DNA of 38,603 bases from Deferrisomatales bacterium (GTDB taxonomy: Bacteria > Desulfobacterota > Deferrisomatia > Deferrisomatales > JACRMM01): contig JAWSUI010000034.1 of assembly GCA_033551855.1 (NCBI GenBank), positions 1 through 38,603 of the forward strand, in the 5' to 3' direction. The notes under the pieces are model-generated. The model did no database searches. It was given only the letters and a program-made list of their open reading frames with translations, and was not told the DNA's origin. Of this stretch, positions 8,291 to 17,115 are shown piece by piece. Each line of letters opens with the position of its first letter. Position 1 is the stretch's first letter. The translations under genes and the position numbers were made by a program.

Positions 8291-9406
8291 TCAGCCCAGG
8301 CGCTCCAGCACGATGCGCAGCACCCGGCGCAGGGGCTCCGCCGCGCCCCAGAGGAGCTGGTCCCCCAGGGTGAAGGCCGCGAGGTACTCGGGGCCCATCC
8401 GCATCTTGCGCAGGCGGCCGATGGGCACCTGGAGGTCCCCGGAGACCGCCGCGGGCGTGAGCGCCGCGAGGGTAGAGGCCTTGTCGTTGGGGACGACCCG
8501 CACCCACTCGTTGCCGGACGCCAGGATCGACGTGATCTCGTCCAGGGGGACGTCGCGGGTGAGCTTCACCGTGAGGGCCTGGGCGTGGCAGCGCATCGCG
8601 CCCACCCGCACGCACAGGCCGTCCACCGGGATGGGCTCCCGGGTGCCGAGGATCTTGTTGGTCTCGGCGTACCCCTTCCACTCCTCCCGGGTCTGGCCGT
8701 CCTCCACCAGCCGGTCGATCCAGGGGATGAGGCTCCCGGCCAGGGGCGCCCCGAAGGCCTCGGTGGGGTGTCCGGGGCTTCGCAGCTCCCGGGTCACCAG
8801 GGCGTCGAGCTCCAGGGCCGTGGCGGCGGGGTCGGCCCGCGCCGCGCCGGTCGCCTCGCTCAGGGCCGCCATCTGGGCCACGAGCTCGATCATGTTCTTG
8901 GCGCCGGCGCCGGAGGCGGCCTGGTAGGTCATGGAGGACATCCACTCCACCAGACCTTCCCGGAAGAGCCCGTGCAGTGCCATGAGCATGAGGCTCACCG
9001 TGCAGTTGCCGCCGACGTAGGTCTTCACCCCCCGGCCCAGGCCCGCGTCGACGACCGCCCGGTTCACCGGGTCGAGGACGATAATCGCGTCGTCGCGCAT
9101 CCGCAGGGTGGAGGCCGCGTCGATCCAGTACCCCCGCCAGCCGGCCCTGCGGAGGTCTTCGTAGACGGCCTGGGTGTAGTCGCCGCCCTGGCAGGAGACG
9201 ACCGCGTCCAGGGACCCCAGCGCCCCGAGGTCGCGGGCGTCGGCCAGGGGCGCCGTCGGGAGCCCCACGTCGGGCCCGGGGCCCCCCACCTGGGAGGTGG
9301 AGAAAAAGACGGGCTCGAAGCCGCGGAAGTCCCCCTCCGCCCCCATGCGCTCCAGGAGCACCGAGCCCACCATGCCCCGCCACCCCACGAACCCGACCCT
9401 GCGCAT
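8291..9406 (-). CDS. asd: aspartate-semialdehyde dehydrogenase (E. coli-type)
   Basis: Motifs VGWRGMVGSVL, WIDAASTLRM, GGNCTVSLMLM, YQAASGAGA, SLIPWID and GDQLLWGAAEPL. Confidence 0.97.
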   Translation of the reverse strand: MRRVGFVGWRGMVGSVLLERMGAEGDFRGFEPVFFSTSQVGGPGPDVGLPTAPLADARDLGALGSLDAVVSCQGGDYTQAVYEDLRRAGWRGYWIDAASTLRMRDDAIIVLDPVNRAVVDAGLGRGVKTYVGGNCTVSLMLMALHGLFREGLVEWMSSMTYQAASGAGAKNMIELVAQMAALSEATGAARADPAATALELDALVTRELRSPGHPTEAFGAPLAGSLIPWIDRLVEDGQTREEWKGYAETNKILGTREPIPVDGLCVRVGAMRCHAQALTVKLTRDVPLDEITSILASGNEWVRVVPNDKASTLAALTPAAVSGDLQVPIGRLRKMRMGPEYLAAFTLGDQLLWGAAEPLRRVLRIVLERLG

Positions 9407-9475
9407 CGCTCCCGCTCCTGTGGGCGCCGGCCGCGCCCGACGCGCCCGGCGACCCCTGAGGGCCCACCGGTCACG

Positions 9476-9501
9476 AAAAAGGGCCGCCGAAGGGGCAGCC
9501 C
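9476..9501 (-). terminator. Rho-independent terminator between the M14 hydrolase gene and asd
   Basis: Minus strand reads GGGCTGCC-CCTTC-GGCGGCCC-TTTTT. Confidence 0.7.
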
Positions 9502-9535
9502 GTGTCCTCGTCGTGTGCCGCGCATTCTGGCACCC

Positions 9536-10624
9536 CTACGGGCGGGATGCAACGCCGCCGCGCGGCCGGGCTCCGCTCCCGCCCTCCGTGCCCGCCTCCC
9601 GGCCCACCGGCGTCACCCCGTAGCACAGGCAGTCGCCCCGGGCGCTCTCCGGGTCGGTGGTCATCATCAGGGGGGTGAAGGGGCCCCGGGTGACGAGCCG
9701 CTCGCCCTCGAGGCGAAACAGCGAGCGGGACGCGTCCCCTCCCCCCATCCTTCGGGCCTGCAGGGGCCAGGGAGCCCCCGGGCGGACCCAGCCGAGCTCG
9801 GTTCCGGGGGGCAGGGTGCAGAGGTTCCACCGGTCCACGGCCCCCCGGAGGGTCAGGTCTGCCCCGGGAACGGGGGCGTCCGCGAAGGCCACGGCGACCC
9901 CGGGGGCCAATTCCACCCGCACCGGGTCCCGGTAGAGCACGAGGCCGCCATCGACGGGGGCTCGCTCACCGGCCGCGAAGCGGGCGAGGCCCTCCCGCGC
10001 CACCCGGTCGGCCTCGGGGGAGCCGCGCTGCCCGCACTCCACCACCACGCTGGGGGCGTGCTCGCCGGCGGCCTCCACCAGCGCCCCCAGGCCCAGGGCC
10101 CCGGTGCACACGTACCGGCCGGCGAAGAGCCCGCCGATCGCGAGGAGCGCCGGCGCCGCGTCGGGCCCGAGCCCGTAGGCCGGCGTGGCGCCGCTCGTGT
10201 TGTGGAGGTCCACCAGGGCCTCGGGCTCGGCCCCCCGGAGGAGGGCAAGGGCTTCCCGGGCCGTGCCCCCTTCCTCCGCGTCGCACAGGGGCCCGAAGCA
10301 GCGGTTCAGGTCCCGTCCCCCGGGGAGGGCGCGGTGCCGGAACCCGGAGCCGGCGAGGGCCGCCTCCACTGCCCCCAGGAACACCACCACGTCCACGGCG
10401 GGCGCAGGGGCGGGGCCCGAACGCAGCCAGGCGTGCACCGCGCGGACCCCGGAGGGCTCGTCCCCGTGGAGCAGGGTCGCCACCGCCCGGGTGCGGGAGC
10501 GGTCGACCCCCGGCACCCGGAGGAACGCCGGGCCTCCCAGGGCCGCCAGGAACCCTTCGACGGTCTCCGGGACATCCCCGAGGATATCCACGTGTCGGAC
10601 CCGCCGGGTCTCCACGAAAGCCAT
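9536..10624 (-). CDS. succinylglutamate desuccinylase/aspartoacylase (M14-like Zn hydrolase) family protein
   Basis: ATG at 10624 overlaps the upstream TGA (TGATG). Zn and catalytic motifs LLHGDEPSG, DLNRCF, VDLHNT and VVECG. Confidence 0.8.
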   Translation of the reverse strand: MAFVETRRVRHVDILGDVPETVEGFLAALGGPAFLRVPGVDRSRTRAVATLLHGDEPSGVRAVHAWLRSGPAPAPAVDVVVFLGAVEAALAGSGFRHRALPGGRDLNRCFGPLCDAEEGGTAREALALLRGAEPEALVDLHNTSGATPAYGLGPDAAPALLAIGGLFAGRYVCTGALGLGALVEAAGEHAPSVVVECGQRGSPEADRVAREGLARFAAGERAPVDGGLVLYRDPVRVELAPGVAVAFADAPVPGADLTLRGAVDRWNLCTLPPGTELGWVRPGAPWPLQARRMGGGDASRSLFRLEGERLVTRGPFTPLMMTTDPESARGDCLCYGVTPVGREAGTEGGSGARPRGGVASRP

Positions 10625-12111
10625 CAGCAGTCCACCGGCCAGAGGTGCACGGGGTCGCCGGCGTCGGCCAGGGCCACGTACCGCCGGAACATCTCGGCCA
10701 GGGCCTCGGCTCTCCCGAAGCGGGGCTCCAGGGCCTCCAGGGTCTGCAGCTGCCACTGGGCCCCGGTTTGACCGCTCTCCAGGCGGCCTTCCAGGACGGC
10801 CAGGGGCGGGTCGGCGTCCCCGGGCTCGACCCCGGCCCTCAGCAACCCTTCCCGGGCCACGGGGAGGAGGCGCAGGGCCACCTCCCGCGCAGAGAGGCGC
10901 CTCGGGGGCAAACCCGGGCCCTCCGGCCAGAGGAGCTCTGCGTTCAAGCCCGCCTGGGCGGCCCGGTAGAAGTTCCGCGAGGCGTCCTCGAAGGCCAGCC
11001 CCGCCGTCCAGGCGGGTGCCGCGGGCTCCAGGGCCAGGGTGAGGCCCAAGTGGAAGGCGGCGTTGGCGACCATGTCGACCGCCGTGGGGCCCGCGGGCAG
11101 GGCCCGCAGCTCGACCCGGAGGTGCCCGCCATCCGCCGGGTCGTAGACCGGCCGGTTCCAGAGCCACACCGTCCCGGTATGGAGGCGCAGCTCGGCGAGC
11201 TCGGGCACCCGCCCCGCGGACGCGGAGGCGACGGGGGCCTCGTCCGCCACCACCGGCAGGACCGCCGGGTACTGTTTTACGATCCCCGCGAAGAGCTCCT
11301 CCGCCCCGCCGTCCAGCCAGCGGCGGCCGAAGCTGACCCGGGCGGGGACCCCACGGCGCTCGGCCCCCGCAGGGCGGTCGTCCACGGACTGCTTCACGAG
11401 ACCGATCCGGGTCTCCTGCCACAGGCGGTGCCCCAGGAAGATCGGGGAGTTCCCGCAGGCCGCCAGCACCGGGGCCGTCGCGAGCTGGGCCGCGTTGTAG
11501 GTGTCCGTGAAGCCGGCGGGCGCGACCCGCAGGTGGACCTGGAAGGAGGCGTTCGCCCCCTCGAGCACGGCCTCTTCGGCGACGAGCTCCAGGGGGTCGG
11601 ACCCTTCGAGCCGCACGGCAAAGGGCTCCCCCCTCCGGCTACGCAGCGCCGAGGACATCACACGGTACCGGGCGACATCCGTCATCGACAGGCTACCGAA
11701 GTCCGCCGCACGGAAGGTGGGGAGGATGCCCACCGCCACCGCCCGGCCGCGGTGGGCCCGGGCCCCCCGGTCGGCCAGCGCGAGGACCTCCCCCAGCTCC
11801 CGGCCCAGGGCCGCGAACGGGCGCCCCGCCAACGGGAGGGGCGACAGGTTGCACTCCAGGTCGAACCGGTCGAGCTCGTAGGTGAGCCGGGAATCGAGGA
11901 TCTCGGAGAGGACCTTCTGGTTGATCGGGAGGGCCCCCCCTTGTGGGCTCACCAGGAAGAGCTCGAGCTCCGCGCCCAGGGTCGCGGGTCCCTCCCCGAA
12001 CCCCGGGCGCCGCAAGAGAAGCCCGAGGGCCTCGAGGCACTCACGCAACCTGGCCTCGAAGCGCCCGAAATCGGCCTCGTCGAACCGCTCGCGGTCGATG
12101 TCGCGCCCCAT
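10624..12111 (-). CDS. glutamate--cysteine ligase family (GCS2-like) protein
   Basis: Motifs GAELELFLV, ELDRFDLE, SFQVHL, NSP, WNRPVY and RVELRALPAGPT. Confidence 0.8.
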   Translation of the reverse strand: MGRDIDRERFDEADFGRFEARLRECLEALGLLLRRPGFGEGPATLGAELELFLVSPQGGALPINQKVLSEILDSRLTYELDRFDLECNLSPLPLAGRPFAALGRELGEVLALADRGARAHRGRAVAVGILPTFRAADFGSLSMTDVARYRVMSSALRSRRGEPFAVRLEGSDPLELVAEEAVLEGANASFQVHLRVAPAGFTDTYNAAQLATAPVLAACGNSPIFLGHRLWQETRIGLVKQSVDDRPAGAERRGVPARVSFGRRWLDGGAEELFAGIVKQYPAVLPVVADEAPVASASAGRVPELAELRLHTGTVWLWNRPVYDPADGGHLRVELRALPAGPTAVDMVANAAFHLGLTLALEPAAPAWTAGLAFEDASRNFYRAAQAGLNAELLWPEGPGLPPRRLSAREVALRLLPVAREGLLRAGVEPGDADPPLAVLEGRLESGQTGAQWQLQTLEALEPRFGRAEALAEMFRRYVALADAGDPVHLWPVDC

Positions 12112-12165
12112 GCTCCCCGCTCCTCAGCCCCCGCCCCGATCCCCTCCCCGCTCCCCACGGGGGCC

Positions 12166-13404
12166 TCAGCACCCTACCTCGATCCTCTCGCCTTCCCGCT
12201 CCAGCCCCGTGAACAGGGCCAGATAATCTCGCACCAGACGAGTGATGAGGTAGTTCTCCCGGACGAAACGCCGGGCCCTCTCCCCCATTTCCCGCCGCAC
12301 GTCTTTGCGGTGGAGCAGGTAGCGGATACGCAGGGCCGCCCCTTCCGGCGTTTGCACCAGGAAGCCTGTGTAGTGGTTCACCACCTGGAGTCGGATCCCT
12401 CCGGTATCGCCCCCGATGACCGGTCTGCCCTTCCACATGGCCTCGGCCACCGTGAGCCCGAACCCTTCCCGGACCGACTTCTGCAGCACGACGTCGGCTG
12501 CCCGCTGGAGGGCATTGACCGTTTCGTGGGCGTCGTTGGGCAGAAGCAGCACGTGGGCGTCGGGATCACCCTCGGCGGCCCGGCGCACCTCGTCCAGGAC
12601 CGCATCCCCCTCGGGGTCGTCGACCGCGCCGCCCCCGGCGAGGACGAGCTGGAGGGGGGTCATCTGCTTCACCAGCCGGTAGGCCTGCAGCACCCCCAGG
12701 GGATCCTTGAACCGGTCAAAACGGGAGACCTGGAGCACGAGGGGACGTCGGGGATCGAGGCCGAAGCGCTCGCACACCCCCCGGACATCCGACGGAGGGA
12801 GCTCACGGTTCTTGGGGCTGAGGGGGTCGATGCTCGGAGGGATCAGATACTGGGGATGGGACAGGGCCCGCGCGAACTCCGCCAGGGAGAAGATGCTCGC
12901 GTCGTAGGGCTCCACCCAAGGCCGCAGGTACCGCCAGACCCGGCGGTCGGGGTGGCTGGCGTCGATATGGCAGCGCCAGACCCACTTCCCCCTTCGGTTG
13001 GGGCAGTGGGAGAGCAGCGGCGCCGGCTGCGGGTCGTGAATCACGACGAAGTCGGCATCTTCGAGCACCGGGCGCAGCGCCTCGGCGTTGCGGGCGTTGG
13101 CCTGCTCGTACGCCCGCAGGAGCGGGTCCGAGAGCGCCGCCGGCCCTCCCTGGAGGGCGTTGTGGAACCCCTTCGTGCACCGGTAGAAATCCTCGTCGCC
13201 CTCGATCACCTCCCAGCGGGCTTCCAGCCCCACGGCCTGCATGAGGGGCACCAGCTTGTGGAGGATCTCTGCGACACCTCCACCCTCCCGGGTGGAGTTG
13301 ACGTGGACCACCCGAGCGCCGGCCAAGGGGGCGGCCAGCTGGCACAGGTAGTCCACGGCGTCGTGGCCCGCGACGTCCGCGTACTGCGCCAAGAGCTCGT
13401 CCAT
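12166..13404 (-). CDS. treT: trehalose synthase TreT-type GT4 glycosyltransferase
   Basis: Motifs HVNSTREGGGVAEIL, FHNALQG, IHDPQP, WRCHID, QVSRFDRFKDPLG and QKSVREGFGLTVAEAMWKG. Confidence 0.88.
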   Translation of the reverse strand: MDELLAQYADVAGHDAVDYLCQLAAPLAGARVVHVNSTREGGGVAEILHKLVPLMQAVGLEARWEVIEGDEDFYRCTKGFHNALQGGPAALSDPLLRAYEQANARNAEALRPVLEDADFVVIHDPQPAPLLSHCPNRRGKWVWRCHIDASHPDRRVWRYLRPWVEPYDASIFSLAEFARALSHPQYLIPPSIDPLSPKNRELPPSDVRGVCERFGLDPRRPLVLQVSRFDRFKDPLGVLQAYRLVKQMTPLQLVLAGGGAVDDPEGDAVLDEVRRAAEGDPDAHVLLLPNDAHETVNALQRAADVVLQKSVREGFGLTVAEAMWKGRPVIGGDTGGIRLQVVNHYTGFLVQTPEGAALRIRYLLHRKDVRREMGERARRFVRENYLITRLVRDYLALFTGLEREGERIEVGC

Positions 13405-13407
13405 GGG

Positions 13408-14094
13408 TTATCCCTCCTGCCCCAGGTGAGCCACGAAAACCTCCACCAGTTGGCGACGGATCTCCTTGAGGGACGAAAAGTACGGGTCGAAGCCGGACAG
13501 CTCGTCCCGCAGCCCCGCGCAGGGGCCGCCCCACCCGGCGAGCCAGGCAGAGAAGTCGTCGGTGTGCCCTTCCGTGCGCCGGCGGGCGTCAATGAAGTGG
13601 TAGTAGACGCTCCCGGTGGGCAGGTTCGGCAGGACCCGGGCCAGCTCTTCGGGCGAGCCGACCGAGCTCCCGGTGTCGAAGATGACCATCCGGGCACGAA
13701 GGAAGTGGAACTGGGCGTCTGCCCTCGCCCACGGGTTCCATTCGCTCTCGTCGAGCCGCTGCTCCACGAGCTCCACCACTTCCTGGCGCACCTGCTCCAG
13801 GTCTCGGAAGTCGGCGGGAATGACCATGCTGAGGCGTTCGGCGAGGCCCTTTTCGTGGAGGGCTCGGTGCACCCAGGTGGCGAAGTCGTTGTTGTACTCG
13901 GGCTCGTCGAAGCGCGGACGCAGCAGCCGCCCCCAGAAATGGTGGTAGAGGCTCGACTCGGGCACGGCCAGGAGCCCGTCTCGCAGCTCTTTCAGGCTCT
14001 GGGCACGCACGCCGGTGGCGAGGCTCAACAGGGCGCAGTCCTTGAGGCGGAAGGCCGCGGGGGAGGCATCGGCGGCAGGGGGGCCGTTTCCCAT
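13408..14094 (-). CDS. DUF5752 family protein
   Basis: Two internal repeats (SLYHHF...NDFATWV and SVYYHF...DDFSAWL). It lies directly upstream of treT, as is typical for this family. Confidence 0.75.
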   Translation of the reverse strand: MGNGPPAADASPAAFRLKDCALLSLATGVRAQSLKELRDGLLAVPESSLYHHFWGRLLRPRFDEPEYNNDFATWVHRALHEKGLAERLSMVIPADFRDLEQVRQEVVELVEQRLDESEWNPWARADAQFHFLRARMVIFDTGSSVGSPEELARVLPNLPTGSVYYHFIDARRRTEGHTDDFSAWLAGWGGPCAGLRDELSGFDPYFSSLKEIRRQLVEVFVAHLGQEG

Positions 14095-14697
14095 GGAAAG
14101 CTCCTGTAAGAAGCGGTTTCGACCGAGAGGATATCATCCCGGCAACCGGAGACCAACGCGATCCGGGTGACCCCGGCCCCTCGGGCCGATCAACGGTTCC
14201 GCCCCCTCCGCCCCCAAGCGGTCACGGCCGCCGCTGGGGCAGGATCGGAAGCCCCTCGGGGCACAAACGTGCCGTGGGCCCTGGGCCTCCGGGGGGCACC
14301 GAGAGGCTGCCGGCCGCGCACGCCCTGGTCGGAGCGCCGTGTCCCCGCCGAGAGCCGCGTCAGGAGCCCTTCCCATCTTCCGGGACCCGTCGGGCGGCGA
14401 TCGCCGATGGGCCGCCCCGAAGCCCGTGGCAACGGCGAGGTGAGCTGTGCCGTCCCCCCGTCGGGCTCGGCGAGCTCCTTGCGCACCCGCCATCCTGTGC
14501 TATCAAGAAACCGAGGCGGCGCACAGGGCCTCCGTCCGCGACGCAGGTAGGCGGCAGGTTCTCACCGTGCAGGGGCACGAAGTCGGCGGGCGCCCCCCCC
14601 GGTGTTCGTGCTCCAACCCCGGGATGCGGCAGGACATTCCCCCCGGAGATCCCCCTTCGCGGCACCCCCCGGCTGCCAAGCCATGGAGGAACGTTTC

Positions 14698-15006
14698 ATG
14701 TCGGAGATCCGGCTCCGCTCCATTCACCGATGGCTGGGAGTGGTGCTCCTGCCCTTCCTGTTTCTGCAGACCCTGAGCGGGGTTCTCCTCAGTGTGGGCC
14801 TCTACCGGCGGATGCGTCGGGCCCTGGTCGAAGCCGTCCCGGGACCCGTCGAGGAGCCGGTAGCCACGGTCTACGATACCCTGCTGGCCGCCATGCACTA
14901 TGGATCCGGACCGGCTGGATACATCTACCACGTCGCCCTCGGCCTGGGGATGTTCCTGCTCCTCGGCTCCGGGGGCTGGATCTGGGTGCGGCGGCTGAGT
15001 CGATAG
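14698..15006 (+). CDS. small PepSY-associated TM-helix membrane protein
   Basis: GGAGGA RBS. Sequence LRSIHRWLG..LFLQTLSG plus a second His-bearing helix (AMHYG...SGGWIW). Confidence 0.65.
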   Translation: MSEIRLRSIHRWLGVVLLPFLFLQTLSGVLLSVGLYRRMRRALVEAVPGPVEEPVATVYDTLLAAMHYGSGPAGYIYHVALGLGMFLLLGSGGWIWVRRLSR

Positions 15007-15168
15007 CTTCGAGGGGTCCAGTGCCCGCCGCGACTTCTCCTGCGACATCATCGCGGCACGCCCCCCGCCGGAGCCGCGCTCGCGCCCGTCGACCGGTGGG
15101 AGCGGAGCCGGGAGCGCCCCGAAGCGAGGAGCGCCCACGTCCGGTTTGCACGAGATGGAGGACGAGAA

Positions 15169-15747
15169 ATGGTGATCCCCGACCGCTCCATTCGCAGCGG
15201 CGACGCTCTCCTGGTGGTGGACGTGCAGGTGGACTTCTGTCCCGGCGGGGCCCTGCCCATCCCGGAAGGAGACACGGTGGTGCCCCTGCTCAACCGCTGG
15301 ATCGAAACCGCTCTCCAGCGCGGGATCCCCGTCTACTACTCCCGGGATTGGCACCCGGTGCGCCACGTGAGCTTCCGGGAGCAGGGCGGGGAGTGGCCCC
15401 CTCACTGTCTCCAGGACAGCGAGGGCGCCCGCTTCCACCCGGACCTGTTGGTTCCTTCGGAAGCCCTTCTGGTCACGAAAGGGGTTCGCCTCGACAAGGA
15501 CCAGAATTCTGCCTTCGATGAGACCGGCCTGGCAGCCCAACTCCGGCGCGACGGCGTGAGCCACCTGTGGGTCGGCGGGTTGGCCCTGGACGTGTGCGTG
15601 AAGGCCACGGTCCTCGACGCCCTGCGCCTCGGAGCATTGCCGGTGGTCGTGCTGCGCAACGCCACCAGGGCGGTGGATCGGGACGGGGCGCAAGCGGCGG
15701 AGCAGGCGATGAGGGAAGCCGGGGCTCGGGTGGAGGAGAGCAGCTGA
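15169..15747 (+). CDS. pncA: nicotinamidase/pyrazinamidase (isochorismatase family)
   Basis: Motifs VVDVQVDFCPGGAL, SRDWHP, WPPHC, TKG and GLALDVCVKATVLDA. Confidence 0.85.
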   Translation: MVIPDRSIRSGDALLVVDVQVDFCPGGALPIPEGDTVVPLLNRWIETALQRGIPVYYSRDWHPVRHVSFREQGGEWPPHCLQDSEGARFHPDLLVPSEALLVTKGVRLDKDQNSAFDETGLAAQLRRDGVSHLWVGGLALDVCVKATVLDALRLGALPVVVLRNATRAVDRDGAQAAEQAMREAGARVEESS

Positions 15748-15752
15748 AAGCC

Positions 15753-15812
15753 GGCTCTTCCGGGGAGTGACGGTTTTCCGCACTCGAGGACGGCCGGGTG
15801 GGCACTGCCCAC
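15753..15812 (+). repeat. degenerate left-end fragment of the MITE family
   Basis: GGCTCTTCCGGGGAGTGAC...GGACGGCCGGGTGGGCACTGCCCAC aligns with the first 60 bp of 4485-4693 at essentially the same spacing. Confidence 0.55.
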
Positions 15813-15963
15813 GGCGCGGTGGGGACCGTGGGGACGTCCCCCGGCGAACGGAAGCCCCCACACCCGGGTGTGACCGGCGAATGGGGCCCCCGGCTGGCAT
15901 TTTTCGCAACGAACGATAAGATCACCCCAGTCCGCTCACCCTTGCTCCCCGGAGACGTTTCCC

Positions 15964-17115
15964 TTGCTCGCCTGGCCAGAATCCTTCGACATTTCCGGAT
16001 GGTGGAGCGTGCTTGCCTCCCTGTTGGCGCTCCTGTTGGCGGCCGCCGGGGGCCTCGCGGCCCATCGGATGGGCGCGGCGATCCTGAGCAGGTGGGCAGT
16101 ACGCACCCCTTTCCTCCCCGACGATCTGGTGGAGAGGTACTGGAGACGACCCTTGCGGCTGCTGCTGCCGCTTTTGGCCGTGCTCCTGGTGCTGCCCTCC
16201 TTGACCTTCCCCGAGACCCTGACGGAGCCGCTCCGGCACGCCCTCAGCCTCGGGTTCATCGCCGCGATCGGCTGGCTGGCGGTGGTGACCGCCTCGGCCC
16301 TGCGCGACACGGTGCTGGCGCGCTATGACGTGACGGTGCGGGACAACCTCAAGGCCCGAGCCGTGTCCACCCAACTGCAGGTGGTTCATCGGGTCGCGGT
16401 GACGGTGATCCTGGTGATGGCCATCGCCTCCGCGCTCCTCACCTTCGACTCGGTCCGGCAGGTGGGGGTGAGCCTGCTCGCCTCAGCCGGGATCGTCGGC
16501 ATCATCCTCGGCTTTGCGGCCCAGAAGAGCATCGCCACCCTCTTCGCCGGCATCCAGATCGCCGTGACCCAGCCCATCCGGCTCGACGACGTGGTCATCG
16601 TGGAGGGGGAGTGGGGGCGCATCGAGGAGATCACCCTCACCTACGTGGTGGTGCGCATCTGGGATCTGCGCCGCCTGGTGGTCCCCATCACCTACTTCAT
16701 CGAGAAGCCCTTCCAGAACTGGACCCGCATCTCGGCCGACGTGCTGGGGACCGTCTTCCTCTATGCGGACTACCGCGTCCCGGTGGAGGCGATACGGCAG
16801 GAGCTCCATCGGATCCTGCAGGAGTCGCCGGAGTGGGACGGCAAGGTGTGGGGGCTCCAGGTGACCGACGCCACCGAGCGCACCGTGGAGCTCCGGGCCC
16901 TGCTGAGCGCGCCGGACTCGGGCACCGCCTGGAACCTGCGGTGCGAGGTGCGCGAGAAGCTCCTGGCCTTCCTCCGGGAGCACTGTCCGGAGAGCCTGCC
17001 CCGGGTGCGGGCGGAGGTGGAGGAGCCCCGCCGGACTCCTTCGGACAAGGGGGCCCCGGGGCCTTTCGGCGTCGGGGGGCCGGAACCGGGAAAACCGGCG
17101 GAGATGACGGGATGA
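15964..17115 (+). CDS. small-conductance mechanosensitive channel (MscS family)
   Basis: Motifs SLLASAGIVGIILGFAAQ, QPIRLDDVV, GRIEEITLTY and FQNWTR. The start codon is uncertain. Confidence 0.9.
   Translation: MLAWPESFDISGWWSVLASLLALLLAAAGGLAAHRMGAAILSRWAVRTPFLPDDLVERYWRRPLRLLLPLLAVLLVLPSLTFPETLTEPLRHALSLGFIAAIGWLAVVTASALRDTVLARYDVTVRDNLKARAVSTQLQVVHRVAVTVILVMAIASALLTFDSVRQVGVSLLASAGIVGIILGFAAQKSIATLFAGIQIAVTQPIRLDDVVIVEGEWGRIEEITLTYVVVRIWDLRRLVVPITYFIEKPFQNWTRISADVLGTVFLYADYRVPVEAIRQELHRILQESPEWDGKVWGLQVTDATERTVELRALLSAPDSGTAWNLRCEVREKLLAFLREHCPESLPRVRAEVEEPRRTPSDKGAPGPFGVGGPEPGKPAEMTG

Noticed and set aside
14515..14600. c-di-GMP-I riboswitch-like words (GCACAGGGC...GACGCA)
   Set aside because: It lacks the GGCAAACC...GAAA...GGGACGCAAAGC core arrangement.
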